This document shows, piece by piece, positions 9,780 to 18,729 of a stretch of 50,801 nucleotides of DNA. The notes below the pieces were generated by a model. The model was not told the origin of the DNA. It did not search any database and worked only from the letters and a program-made list of their open reading frames with translations. Position 1 is the stretch's first letter, and each line of letters begins with the position of its first letter. The DNA is from an uncultured Bacilli bacterium (GTDB lineage Bacteria > Bacillota_I > Bacilli_A > RF39 > UBA660). Made by a program: the position numbers and the translations under genes. Location: NCBI GenBank assembly GCA_944363835.1, contig CALVVJ010000002.1, positions 1 to 50,801 of the forward strand, read 5' to 3'.

Positions 9780-10425
9780 ATTTATAACCCATTCCTCGAA
9801 CAGTTACTATCATATTCTTATATTTACCTAAATGCTTTCGTAAAGTTTTAACATGTGTATCTATTGTTCTATCATCACCATAAAAATCATAACCCCATAT
9901 ATTACTTAACAAATTCTCTCTCGATAAAGCAATATTTTTATTGTCAATAAAATACTTAAGTAAATCATATTCTTTGGGTGTCAAATAAATCTTTTTACCA
10001 TCTACATAAACATCATGGGCAATATTATCTAACTTTATCCCCTTGATTTCATAAATGTCTTCCGTAGTATCTTTTCTTTTAGTGACAGCCTTAATTCTAG
10101 CCACTAACTCTTTAGGACTAAAAGGTTTAGTAACATAATCATCTATTCCTAAATCAAATCCAATAAGTTTATCGTATTCTTCACCACGAGCTGAAAGCAT
10201 GATAAAAGGAATATCTTTAATCTTTTTTATTTCTCTACAAGCTGTATACCCATCCATCTTTGGCATCATTATATCCATAATAATAATATCAAAATTTCCT
10301 TCCTTAACTTTCTCGATAGCCTCTAAACCATTTTCAGCTTCCACTACATTCATTTTTTCTAATAACAAATATTCTTTAATTACATCTCTTATTAATTTTT
10401 CATCATCTACTACTAAAACATTCAT
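9751..10425 (-). CDS. OmpR/PhoB-type response regulator
   Basis: Receiver motifs (VLVVDDE, DIIIMDIMMPKMDG, KP) and a winged-helix C-terminus (TVRGMGYKF). The ATG at 10425 follows GGGTGA; the ORF-track GTG at 10437 overlaps that RBS. Confidence 0.9.
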   Translation of the reverse strand: MNVLVVDDEKLIRDVIKEYLLLEKMNVVEAENGLEAIEKVKEGNFDIIIMDIMMPKMDGYTACREIKKIKDIPFIMLSARGEEYDKLIGFDLGIDDYVTKPFSPKELVARIKAVTKRKDTTEDIYEIKGIKLDNIAHDVYVDGKKIYLTPKEYDLLKYFIDNKNIALSRENLLSNIWGYDFYGDDRTIDTHVKTLRKHLGKYKNMIVTVRGMGYKFEYEEQKEN

Positions 10426-10477
10426 GAAATCACCCACTTAAAATTATATATATTAATTGTGAAAATGATATGAAATA

Positions 10478-10873
10478 TTATTTTAATTGCAAACTTTCAT
10501 CCGGATAAGGAATATGTCTTACAATATCTTCTTTATTTTCAATACAACTAGTTACTTCAATATCCTTTTCTTTAAAACGGAATTTATCAATAGAATAAAA
10601 TCTTTTATGAAATATCTCATCAATCTCACTATATATATCTATACCTTCATCTACATATTCTATCCTTGAATCAAAAGCCTTATTTTTATCTTGCTCATAC
10701 ACTAAACCATTAGCAGTTACTACCCCGTCAATATTTCTCAAACTCATTTGAATTAAATCCCCATCTTTAAAAGCATAAAAATTACTAATCAAATATCTAA
10801 GTCTTCTCGCTTCTTCCAATGATATATTTAAATAAGGAAACAATCTTTCTTCTTCATAAATATTATTAAACAT
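10478..10873 (-). CDS. hypothetical protein
   Basis: 131-aa ORF with no recognised motif. Confidence 0.5.
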   Translation of the reverse strand: MFNNIYEEERLFPYLNISLEEARRLRYLISNFYAFKDGDLIQMSLRNIDGVVTANGLVYEQDKNKAFDSRIEYVDEGIDIYSEIDEIFHKRFYSIDKFRFKEKDIEVTSCIENKEDIVRHIPYPDESLQLK

Positions 10874-10918
10874 AACATATCACCTTCTCTATTATATCAT
10901 AATTTCATTAAAAGAAAA

Positions 10919-10941
10919 AAAGATGACATCATATCATCTTT
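10919..10941 (-). terminator. rho-independent terminator after the ytxH-like gene
   Basis: AAAGATGA-7nt-TCATCTTT, followed on the minus strand by TTTTTTTCTTTT. Confidence 0.6.
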
Positions 10942-10949
10942 AATAACAA

Positions 10950-11351
10950 TTATTCTTCTTCCAACTTAGCTACGATTTTCTTTAATGCATTAGCAGTTGC
11001 TTCTTTTAGTTCTCTAGTTGTTTTTTCTAATACTGGAGTACCTTTTTCAACAGCTAACTTATAAAGTTCTTCTGCTTTCTTTTGGATTTTTTTAGCTTTT
11101 TGCTTAGCAACTTTTAAAACCTTTTCCTTGTCTAAATCTTTTAATTGTTCTTGAAGTTCATTAACTTTCTTAACAATCATTTCCTTTACATCTTCAGCTT
11201 TAAGTTGTTTAGCTTGTTCAATTACTTCTCCTATTTTCTTTTTAATATCTGCTCTAGTTTCTTTACCAGACTTAGGAGCAAACAATATTCCTAAACCAGC
11301 CCCAACAGCTGCCCCCGCTAAAAACTTTCCAACTCCACTATTCTTCTTCAT
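10950..11351 (-). CDS. YtxH-domain protein
   Basis: GKFLAGAAVGAGLGILFAPKSGKETR followed by a long Lys/Glu coiled region. The start is set at the internal ATG (MKKNSG...), 14 nt into the upstream gene. Confidence 0.8.
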   Translation of the reverse strand: MKKNSGVGKFLAGAAVGAGLGILFAPKSGKETRADIKKKIGEVIEQAKQLKAEDVKEMIVKKVNELQEQLKDLDKEKVLKVAKQKAKKIQKKAEELYKLAVEKGTPVLEKTTRELKEATANALKKIVAKLEEE

Positions 11352-11634
11352 AATCATCATCCTTTCTCTTCTTTTTTCTAAATAATAATTTACTAAATAA
11401 ATTGCCAGCAACTTCGACAATCTTATCTGTAAATCCTGCAATCTTATCGGTTGTAAAATCTATCAAATTAAACACAGAATTTAAAGATTCTACTTTTTCA
11501 TTAACATTATCAACTACTTTTTCAACCTTATTCATAGTTATTATAGTCTTAATTCCTAAAACTATGCCAACAATTAATAATATAATTAACAAAATATAAA
11601 TTATTAAAGGTAAAAAAGCTAGCCAAAATTCCAT
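11338..11634 (-). CDS. DUF948-like membrane protein
   Basis: Single N-terminal TM then a helical region (VEKVVDNVNEKVESLNSV...). The DUF948/YtxH adjacency is common in Bacillota. Confidence 0.65.
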   Translation of the reverse strand: MEFWLAFLPLIIYILLIILLIVGIVLGIKTIITMNKVEKVVDNVNEKVESLNSVFNLIDFTTDKIAGFTDKIVEVAGNLFSKLLFRKKKRKDDDYEEE

Positions 11635-12581
11635 TAATAATCACCATCCTCTCTATTATCATACATTGAATCGATTAAATCAAATAAATCATTTTCCAAT
11701 GTATCATCATCTTCTTCATCTAATTTAGGACTGTTATCTTTCTTTGTATCAACTATTTCTTCTAAATCTTCATCGACTTTTTCATAATCATTAGTAGTTT
11801 TTTGTGGTTCTTCTACTGGTGGTTTTTTATCTAATTTTATTTCTACATCAGCAGTATCTTCTAATAATTCATCAATAGTTTTTACCTTTTGTTTCTTTTC
11901 CTCAGCATTTTCCTTTAATTTAACTGTAACTGTTTCTTCATAAAAAGTTTCTTTAGGTTGTTCTTCCAAAGTTTCAACTTCTCCAAAAGCCTTTTTTCTA
12001 ACACTATTAAAGTCTAAATTATTACTTGCATATTCTTCTGTCTTATCTTTTATATCTTCGATTTTATAATCTTCATTAAGAATTCCATATACTGGTGAAA
12101 TTATTGGAGAAGGCTTAAACTTTTTCTTTTCAACAACTTCCCTTGTTTCTGTTCTTTCATAACGTCCAAAGTCATACTTCTTTTCTATTTTCTTTTTCTT
12201 TTCATACTCTAAAACATTTGTTGAACTCTTTGGTTTAGTTTGTTGTCTTGAAAATGAACTAGAAAATTCTTCTTCATCAAAATCCGGAAACGGAAAAGTA
12301 TTTTCTGACTTAAACAATTCTCTTTCATTAATAGTATTATAATTTCTCGATGAAGTATCCACAGCAACACCAACATTACTATTTGGAGTAGAGACTCTAG
12401 TTTGTTCCCTTAAAGGCGGTTCGATTTTGGGTTCTACCTTTCTTTGTGGTTCAATCTTTTCAGCTATTGGTCTAGATGGTTCTACTTTTTTTACTTCTTT
12501 CTTTTCTATATTCTTGGCTTCAGTTTCTGAAACTTCTTCATCTTCGAATAATATATCTTTTATTTTACTAAATAATCCCAT
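11634..12581 (-). CDS. acidic low-complexity protein with an N-terminal amphipathic helix
   Basis: N-terminus MGLFSKIKDILFEDEE. Long Lys/Glu/Pro-rich body and an acidic tail (DLFDLIDSMYDNREDGDY). No catalytic motif. Confidence 0.55.
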   Translation of the reverse strand: MGLFSKIKDILFEDEEVSETEAKNIEKKEVKKVEPSRPIAEKIEPQRKVEPKIEPPLREQTRVSTPNSNVGVAVDTSSRNYNTINERELFKSENTFPFPDFDEEEFSSSFSRQQTKPKSSTNVLEYEKKKKIEKKYDFGRYERTETREVVEKKKFKPSPIISPVYGILNEDYKIEDIKDKTEEYASNNLDFNSVRKKAFGEVETLEEQPKETFYEETVTVKLKENAEEKKQKVKTIDELLEDTADVEIKLDKKPPVEEPQKTTNDYEKVDEDLEEIVDTKKDNSPKLDEEDDDTLENDLFDLIDSMYDNREDGDY

Positions 12582-12596
12582 AGTGTTTCACCTTTC

Positions 12597-13235
12597 TTAA
12601 TTTAATAAATCTGTATCTGGTATTTCTTCTTCAACAGATCCAAAATCATCAGTATCGACTTCAATATAATCACTATCATTATTGCTATTATTAAAGATAT
12701 CAAACTCTTCTTCAGCAAAATTAAGCACATTATCTTCTAACAAATTAGTAATTACACTATTATTATACACAATACTTTTCAAAATGCTTATAGCAGACAG
12801 CATCACTTCATTAATATGAGCCTCATCTACTATTACTTCTATTTTAGCATAATTATACATAATTTCAACTAAATATTTATCATTTTCATGTAAATTTATT
12901 TCTGCATAACCAAAATAATCACCATTTGTAATTCCACTAGAATAAATACTATCAGAATTAATTTCATAATCATACTTTACTTGATTAATATAACTTACTA
13001 CATCTACATATAAATAATAAGTATTTTTACCATCATCTAATATTTCATTAAATAAAGTACTATCGTTTACTTGCATCCCCCTCGGCAAATAGTATTTATA
13101 TCCAGTTCTATATGTATTAGTTCTAGAACTTTCTGTTCCAAAGTTTTGAATAATTTCATCATAAGTTAATTCATTTATATTTGTACAACCCGTTATTAAG
13201 AATATTAAACCAATAATTAGCAATACTTTTTTCAT
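12597..13235 (-). CDS. putative lipoprotein
   Basis: MKKVLLIIGLIFLITGCTN: signal peptide plus lipobox. Confidence 0.75.
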   Translation of the reverse strand: MKKVLLIIGLIFLITGCTNINELTYDEIIQNFGTESSRTNTYRTGYKYYLPRGMQVNDSTLFNEILDDGKNTYYLYVDVVSYINQVKYDYEINSDSIYSSGITNGDYFGYAEINLHENDKYLVEIMYNYAKIEVIVDEAHINEVMLSAISILKSIVYNNSVITNLLEDNVLNFAEEEFDIFNNSNNDSDYIEVDTDDFGSVEEEIPDTDLLN

Positions 13236-13294
13236 TTAATATCTCCTCGCAATACTAATTATACCAAAAAAATCGCTACTTATAAAGTAGCAAC

Positions 13295-14875
13295 TTATTG
13301 AATCCGATAAGGGTCCTTTTCTGTACCTGTACCAGATACATAACTCACATCTGAATTAAGGTAAAATACTGGTCTTACAGTAAAACCACTGCTAGCTGCA
13401 AGACTATAACTTACAAGCCCCGAATCACGAATTATAAAAACATAAAATGTATCTAAAGAATAAGGTATTATTGTCCATTCTGACAATCCCATTAACATCC
13501 AATTATTTTCAGCTATTTCTAAAACATTATAAGAAACAATATCTTCTGTCCAAGCATCTTGACTAGCAGCATAACCATAGTCTGATACATACATCAATCC
13601 TATTTTAGCTTTATAAGTTACAGCATTATTTCCAAAAACCACATTATTTCTTTCTCCATCATAAAACTCTTTTGCTGTATATGTTACATCATCCATTCCC
13701 CCTAAATGCCAAATCGTATTGGCGATTAAATTACTCCAATCGGTGCCTAAGTAATTAACATAATTAGTATTTAAATTTAATGTATTAAATACGCTTGTTT
13801 CCCAATTATTTGACCCCATCAAACTTACCGTTGTGTCATAATTCCACCTATATGTAAGAACAGAATTAATTATCATATTTCCTTTATAATTAACCATAGT
13901 ACCAGTATATGGCCCCAAATAATCTCTCCCATCAATTCCCAACATTTTACTATTTACATAATCATTTTTTATAAGCTTTACTTGATATAAAGAATCACAA
14001 TCTTCATCAAACAATCCTATAATACGATATAAACTATCATTGGGACACGTTATTTCATTTGACCCAAAACACACATAATTATTGGGATTAGCACCGCTAT
14101 ATCGATATGACTTATCTAAAGCACCATTAGATAAGTCTACATTATGATAATATAACCCACTAATATTATTAATGTCTCTTTCATTTAATTGTATTATACA
14201 ATTTGCTAAGTTTTCACCATTTTGACATACATCTGCTAATGTTGGAGCCCTATCATATGACTTAATAGCAACTCCTGCCTTAAACACTTGATTCATAGTA
14301 TCATTCGTTACTGATTCATCAATAAATAAATATAAATCATAAGTAACACTTCCTTGCAATGGTATATCAGCATTATATAATTTATAAATAGTTTTAAATG
14401 TTCCATTTATACCGATATTAAGTTGATTTTGTTCATCCACATTAAATTCTGATAAAGCATTTTCTGCTTCACTTAGTATTCCTTCAACTAGTGCTTCTTT
14501 TGAAGCATGTTCAGTAATTACATAATGCACTGAACTATCACTTAAAGTATTCGTATTTAATGTTGCTAAATACATATTGAAACCAACATAGCTTTCACAA
14601 TCACTAGTAACAGTAAAAGTATATGGATCTGTTTGCATACCCTTATTTCTACTAACAGGATAACTATTTTCAAGTAATATAGCATCTCCGCCATCTTCCA
14701 AAGTTATTTTAGCACAGCTAGACAAACTTACTTCCGTAACTGAATTAGAATCAATATTTGCTTGCATAAATGAATAAGTTACTCCAAGCACAATACATAT
14801 AACTATTAATATTGATAATACCGACAATGTTATAATTCTACTTTTTTGAGACATACTTCTATTACCTACTTTCAT
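13295..14875 (-). CDS. secreted or membrane-anchored protein of unknown function (intact paralog of 6714..7854)
   Basis: 526 aa with an N-terminal signal anchor. Shares YRYSGANPNNYVCFG, LYRIIG, WHLGG, IGLMYVSDYGYA and FYLNSDVSYVSGTGTEKDPYRI with the other copy. Confidence 0.75.
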   Translation of the reverse strand: MKVGNRSMSQKSRIITLSVLSILIVICIVLGVTYSFMQANIDSNSVTEVSLSSCAKITLEDGGDAILLENSYPVSRNKGMQTDPYTFTVTSDCESYVGFNMYLATLNTNTLSDSSVHYVITEHASKEALVEGILSEAENALSEFNVDEQNQLNIGINGTFKTIYKLYNADIPLQGSVTYDLYLFIDESVTNDTMNQVFKAGVAIKSYDRAPTLADVCQNGENLANCIIQLNERDINNISGLYYHNVDLSNGALDKSYRYSGANPNNYVCFGSNEITCPNDSLYRIIGLFDEDCDSLYQVKLIKNDYVNSKMLGIDGRDYLGPYTGTMVNYKGNMIINSVLTYRWNYDTTVSLMGSNNWETSVFNTLNLNTNYVNYLGTDWSNLIANTIWHLGGMDDVTYTAKEFYDGERNNVVFGNNAVTYKAKIGLMYVSDYGYAASQDAWTEDIVSYNVLEIAENNWMLMGLSEWTIIPYSLDTFYVFIIRDSGLVSYSLAASSGFTVRPVFYLNSDVSYVSGTGTEKDPYRIQ

Positions 14876-14964
14876 ATCAAGTATATCACATTTTGCTCGT
14901 ATTTAGTTCACTTTTGTTTAATTTTTTTTATTTAATGAGAAAATGCTCTTGAAAGAAGGGTAAT

Positions 14965-15417
14965 ATGCAATCAACACGCCTAGAAGAATTACGAGAAGAA
15001 CACAATTTAACCAAAAAAGAAATTGCCAAAATTTTAAAAGTAAGCACCTCGATTTATTGTCGATGGGAAAATGATAAAGATTCTATTCCAACAACAAGAT
15101 TAAATGAATTAGCCAATTTTTATAAAATTAACATTGATTATATTTTAAAATTAACTAACAAAAAAATTTCAATGCAAGAACATAATATTAACAAAAAAAT
15201 AGTATCTGAAAGAACTAGAGAATTAAGAACAGATATGAAATATACCCTTAGAGATATTGCCAAAATATTAAATACCACCAGTTCCACTTGGTGTGCATAT
15301 GAAACTGGTAAAACTTTGATTTTATCTTCTTTTTTAATAAAAATATGCCAAGCAAGCAATACTTCTGCTGATTGGCTATTAGGAAGAACTAATATTAAAA
15401 AAAATGTTGATAATTAG
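14965..15417 (+). CDS. XRE-family regulator with two tandem HTH domains
   Basis: Two HTH_3-like units: LREEHNLTKKEIAKILKVSTSIYCRWEN...DYIL and LRTDMKYTLRDIAKILNTTSSTWCAYETG...ADWLLGR. Confidence 0.8.
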   Translation: MQSTRLEELREEHNLTKKEIAKILKVSTSIYCRWENDKDSIPTTRLNELANFYKINIDYILKLTNKKISMQEHNINKKIVSERTRELRTDMKYTLRDIAKILNTTSSTWCAYETGKTLILSSFLIKICQASNTSADWLLGRTNIKKNVDN

Positions 15418-15437
15418 TTGCTTACTAACATCAACAT
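15404..15437. repeat. 34-nt hairpin-forming direct repeat, left copy (bidirectional terminator)
   Basis: ATGTTGATAATTAGTTGCTTACTAACATCAACAT matches 16709-16742 at 33 of 34 positions, and the A/T-rich flanks are similar. Outer stem ATGTTGAT/ATCAACAT, inner stem TTAGT/ACTAA. Confidence 0.85.
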
Positions 15438-16288
15438 TATTTATTTTCAAGTTGTTTTTCTTCTATATATTTATAACTCAATGCATTATCACTAACAACT
15501 ACAGATTCACCAAGTCTAGCTTCAATATCTTTTCTGGTATTACTTGCTACTTGCCCGCCTTCTTTAGCAATTTTTCTATTTTCATTTAAACCAATTGGCT
15601 TATGTTTTTTAGCCAGTTCTCTAGCAGTTAATTCTCCAATATCAGCAAGAGCTATTTCAATATCACTCATATTATCTCTTAAAGATTCTTTTCTAAGGCC
15701 TTTAAATTCTTTATACTCCTTAGCAGTCATTCCTGACCATTCTTTATAAATATCATTAGTTAAAATGGCATACTCAATATTACTTTCAATACCACCAGCT
15801 TTCCACACATCAGTTAATTTCTTTCTCTCCTGTATCCCTTTAATTCTTTTAGCAATCCAATCTTCATCATAGCCTTTTGCACGATATGTATCAACAGCCC
15901 TTTGCACAGTTAAAGAAGGATCAAAAACTTCATCAATTCGTTCACTACCAAGTCTTGCTAACCATTGCTTAATTGGTTCTGCATTTTTTGATGGAATGGA
16001 CTCAATAATACGAAACATTCCCTCAATATCAGTTACATCAGTTAAACGATATTTGCCATCTTTAGCTTTAAGTTTCAAAGCGTGACAATTTGTCACGGTT
16101 TCATTTCCTTCTGCTTTTAATCGTTGTTTAAGTTTTCGCCAATAAGCAGTACAATCTTTACTTTGTGATAAAACTCCTACAACATCCACAACACTAACAT
16201 AATACTTTTCTTCTTCCTTATTCCATACCGTCCTAATTTCTTCACTATTAAATAATTTATTAATTAAATACATTTTATCTTGATTCAC
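15437..16288 (-). CDS. Bro-N domain protein (antirepressor / DinD-like)
   Basis: Bro-N-like N-terminal region (VVDVVGVLSQSKDCTAYWRKLKQRL...KYRLTDV...IIESIPSKNAEPIKQWL). The probable start is the GTG at 16288, 7 nt after AAGGAGG; the ORF-track ATG is at 16306. Confidence 0.7.
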   Translation of the reverse strand: MNQDKMYLINKLFNSEEIRTVWNKEEEKYYVSVVDVVGVLSQSKDCTAYWRKLKQRLKAEGNETVTNCHALKLKAKDGKYRLTDVTDIEGMFRIIESIPSKNAEPIKQWLARLGSERIDEVFDPSLTVQRAVDTYRAKGYDEDWIAKRIKGIQERKKLTDVWKAGGIESNIEYAILTNDIYKEWSGMTAKEYKEFKGLRKESLRDNMSDIEIALADIGELTARELAKKHKPIGLNENRKIAKEGGQVASNTRKDIEARLGESVVVSDNALSYKYIEEKQLENK

Positions 16289-16306
16289 AAAACCACCCTC
16301 CTTCAT

Positions 16307-16639
16307 TTATTTTTCTTTTGAATCTAGATATACTCTCATAATAGAAGTAAACAAATCTTCTTTCTCTTCACTAGATAACTCATTACTATTAAATAATATT
16401 CTTGCTTTCTCTATCAAATCTAAGCAAGAATCAGATGTTTCCACCATAAAAAAGTAACTCATATCCACTTTAAAAAACTCACATATTTTCTCTAATTGTC
16501 TTAAACTCAAATTTCTTCTTCCGTTTTCTAAATTAGAAACTTGTCCTTTACTTAAATCTAAAAATTGTGCTAAATCATCTTGGGTTATACCTCTTTTAGT
16601 ACGCAACAATTTTAATTTTCCCCCTAAATCAGAATACAC
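16307..16639 (-). CDS. XRE-family HTH regulator
   Basis: LRTKRGITQDDLAQFLDLSKGQVSNLENGRRNLSLRQL. Its stop codon abuts the Bro-N ORF. Confidence 0.75.
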   Translation of the reverse strand: MYSDLGGKLKLLRTKRGITQDDLAQFLDLSKGQVSNLENGRRNLSLRQLEKICEFFKVDMSYFFMVETSDSCLDLIEKARILFNSNELSSEEKEDLFTSIMRVYLDSKEK

Positions 16640-16708
16640 ATTACCACTGCCTTTCTGAATACATTATAGTAAATATATTTCAAATAGTAAATAATTTTTG
16701 CAAAAAAT

Positions 16709-16742
16709 ATGTTGATAATTAGTTACTTACTAACATCAACAT
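16709..16742. repeat. 34-nt hairpin-forming direct repeat, right copy (bidirectional terminator)
   Basis: ATGTTGATAATTAGTTACTTACTAACATCAACAT. It overlaps the 3' end of trmB, just as the left copy overlaps the 3' end of 14965..15417. Confidence 0.85.
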
Positions 16743-17325
16743 ATTTTATTTTTATACCATCCTTACTAAACTTTTCTTCATATTCTGTTTCTACATTATC
16801 TATATTTTCACTATGTAAGTCATAACTTATTCTATTTATTTTATAACCATATTCTTTAAATGAATTTAAACTATATTCAAATAATTTATCATTATCCGTT
16901 TTCATTATTATATGTGGTCTTCCCTTAAACAATTTATCATAGCTTTCTAAAAAATTTCTAGAAGTAAGTCTTCTTTTTTCATGCCTATCTTTTGGCCAAG
17001 GATCTGAAAAATTAAGATATATAGTATCAACTTTACCCTCTAATACCTCACTTAAATTCTTAGCATCCATAATAAGAATACGCAAATTACTAGGTTTATA
17101 TTCTCTAATCTTTTTTATTGCAACACTAGCAACACTAGAATATTTTTCCACACCAATAAAGTTTATATCAGGATACTTTAAAGCCATTTCCAAAATGAAC
17201 TTTCCCTTACCCATACCAATTTCTAAATGTATAGGTGCATCATTATTAAAACCATCATAAAAAAAATCACAAGAATTAATTACTTCATCTTTATCTTTGG
17301 GATTACGCATCCGCATTATAACCAC
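16723..17325 (-). CDS. trmB: tRNA (guanine46-N7)-methyltransferase
   Basis: SAM motif LEIGMGKGKF and the TrmB signature LNFSDPWPK. Confidence 0.9.
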   Translation of the reverse strand: MVIMRMRNPKDKDEVINSCDFFYDGFNNDAPIHLEIGMGKGKFILEMALKYPDINFIGVEKYSSVASVAIKKIREYKPSNLRILIMDAKNLSEVLEGKVDTIYLNFSDPWPKDRHEKRRLTSRNFLESYDKLFKGRPHIIMKTDNDKLFEYSLNSFKEYGYKINRISYDLHSENIDNVETEYEEKFSKDGIKIKYVDVSK

Positions 17326-17365
17326 TTCCTAAAACTATCATATACTATTTGTAGGAGGAAAACAT

Positions 17366-17689
17366 ATGAAAAAAACAAGAAATTCATTTTTTACAGAAGC
17401 TAACATGTCTTATTCAGGATACAGCCCTAATGTTCCTAATATGATGCCCAATAATATACCTTACCAAGCCCAAACTAGTTATAATTCCTTTTATTCCGGG
17501 CCTAATAACATGCCAACAAATATACCTTACCCACAAACATATCCCCAAAGTGACAATATTGAAAACCGACTTGCTAAAATAGAAAGACAAATTAATCGCC
17601 TGGAACACCGTATCAGTAAATTAGAATCAACTAATACAACTTATATTACCGAAGAAATAGATACTTCTGGCAATATGTATATGCTTTAG
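17366..17689 (+). CDS. Pro/Asn/Tyr-rich protein with a C-terminal coiled coil
   Basis: Internal repeat PNMMPNNIPYQ / PNNMPTNIPYPQ, then heptad-like LAKIERQINRLEHRISKLES. AGGAGG RBS. Confidence 0.6.
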   Translation: MKKTRNSFFTEANMSYSGYSPNVPNMMPNNIPYQAQTSYNSFYSGPNNMPTNIPYPQTYPQSDNIENRLAKIERQINRLEHRISKLESTNTTYITEEIDTSGNMYML

Positions 17690-17856
17690 TTATAAATAAT
17701 TAAAGCACTAAAACAATAAATCTGATCTTCACCACAAACAGCAATTGCCACTTGATACTTGATATCTATTATATCAAACTCTCCAGAATTTAGAAAGCCA
17801 TTAATAGAGTTTTCTAAATCTTTTTCATGTGATTCATCAAATACTTTTACTTTCAT
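17686..17856 (-). CDS. Cse60-like small sporulation protein
   Basis: MKVKVFDESHEKDLENSINGFL...DIKYQV...QIYCFSALIIY resembles the B. subtilis Cse60/YteV family. The internal ATG at 17856 follows GGGTGA. Confidence 0.6.
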   Translation of the reverse strand: MKVKVFDESHEKDLENSINGFLNSGEFDIIDIKYQVAIAVCGEDQIYCFSALIIYN

Positions 17857-17958
17857 TTTATCACCCATACATCTTATGTTTTCAAATTTAAAAATAATGT
17901 CGAATTTGCCAAAACTACTTATTTTTGTTATAATAGCAACCAATTAAAGGGGGATAAC

Positions 17959-18723
17959 ATGTTAAATTTAAAAAAAGAAGAAATTGAATCTCTACCTCAA
18001 TTTAAACGTGGCCTTTATTGGGGGCCAAATAATACATTATATAAAATAATAAGAACTAACGAAAAAGATAATCGAGATGATTTCTATTTATATGTTAATA
18101 GTCTTAAAAACATCAAAGGCTTAGTCTTACCAATAGACTTAATAAAAGATGAGCATATCTACGGCTATCAACTACCATATATACCCGATAGCAAAAATAT
18201 CGATGAATTACTAGAAGGAAAAAGTTCACAATTAGATACAATAGCGATTATGAAAAGTATTTTTGAAGCTATAAGAGAAATTAACAACCACTTAGTTTTA
18301 GGAGATGTTAGAAACACAAACATTTTAATACACAATAATACTGCTCTATTTATCGATTGGGATTTTGGCAAAAAAACTACTAGTAAAAAAAACTTACTTG
18401 TATGTTATTGTATTGCCATAAATAAACATATAGTTCCCGATTCTAAATTGAGTGATATCTTAAAAGTTTTATTATCTGCTTTAAGTATCTATTATAATAT
18501 AGATATGGAAAAGTATTTTTCCAATAAAGACTTATTAGATTTATTTAAAATATTAAAATACATCAAAGCTAATCCAGCTCTACTTTACTATATAGAATAC
18601 TTAATTGAAAAAGCTAAGTGTCAAGACGACAAACTAGATTTACAATTCTCTGATATCGCCGATTATATCGAACCCCCAAGTTCTAAAGAAATAAAAAGAT
18701 TAGCGCGTGCTTTACCACACTAA
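17959..18723 (+). CDS. kinase-fold protein (APH / CotS / Kdo-kinase-like)
   Basis: Catalytic-loop-like GDVRNTNIL (Asp and Asn kept, the usual His is Leu), followed by FIDWDFG. Confidence 0.55.
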   Translation: MLNLKKEEIESLPQFKRGLYWGPNNTLYKIIRTNEKDNRDDFYLYVNSLKNIKGLVLPIDLIKDEHIYGYQLPYIPDSKNIDELLEGKSSQLDTIAIMKSIFEAIREINNHLVLGDVRNTNILIHNNTALFIDWDFGKKTTSKKNLLVCYCIAINKHIVPDSKLSDILKVLLSALSIYYNIDMEKYFSNKDLLDLFKILKYIKANPALLYYIEYLIEKAKCQDDKLDLQFSDIADYIEPPSSKEIKRLARALPH

Positions 18724-18729
18724 TCATTT

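Noticed and set aside
15404-15589. 61-aa plus-strand ORF
   Set aside because: It starts inside the terminator hairpin repeat and runs antisense to the Bro-N gene. It has no RBS and a low-complexity hydrophobic translation.
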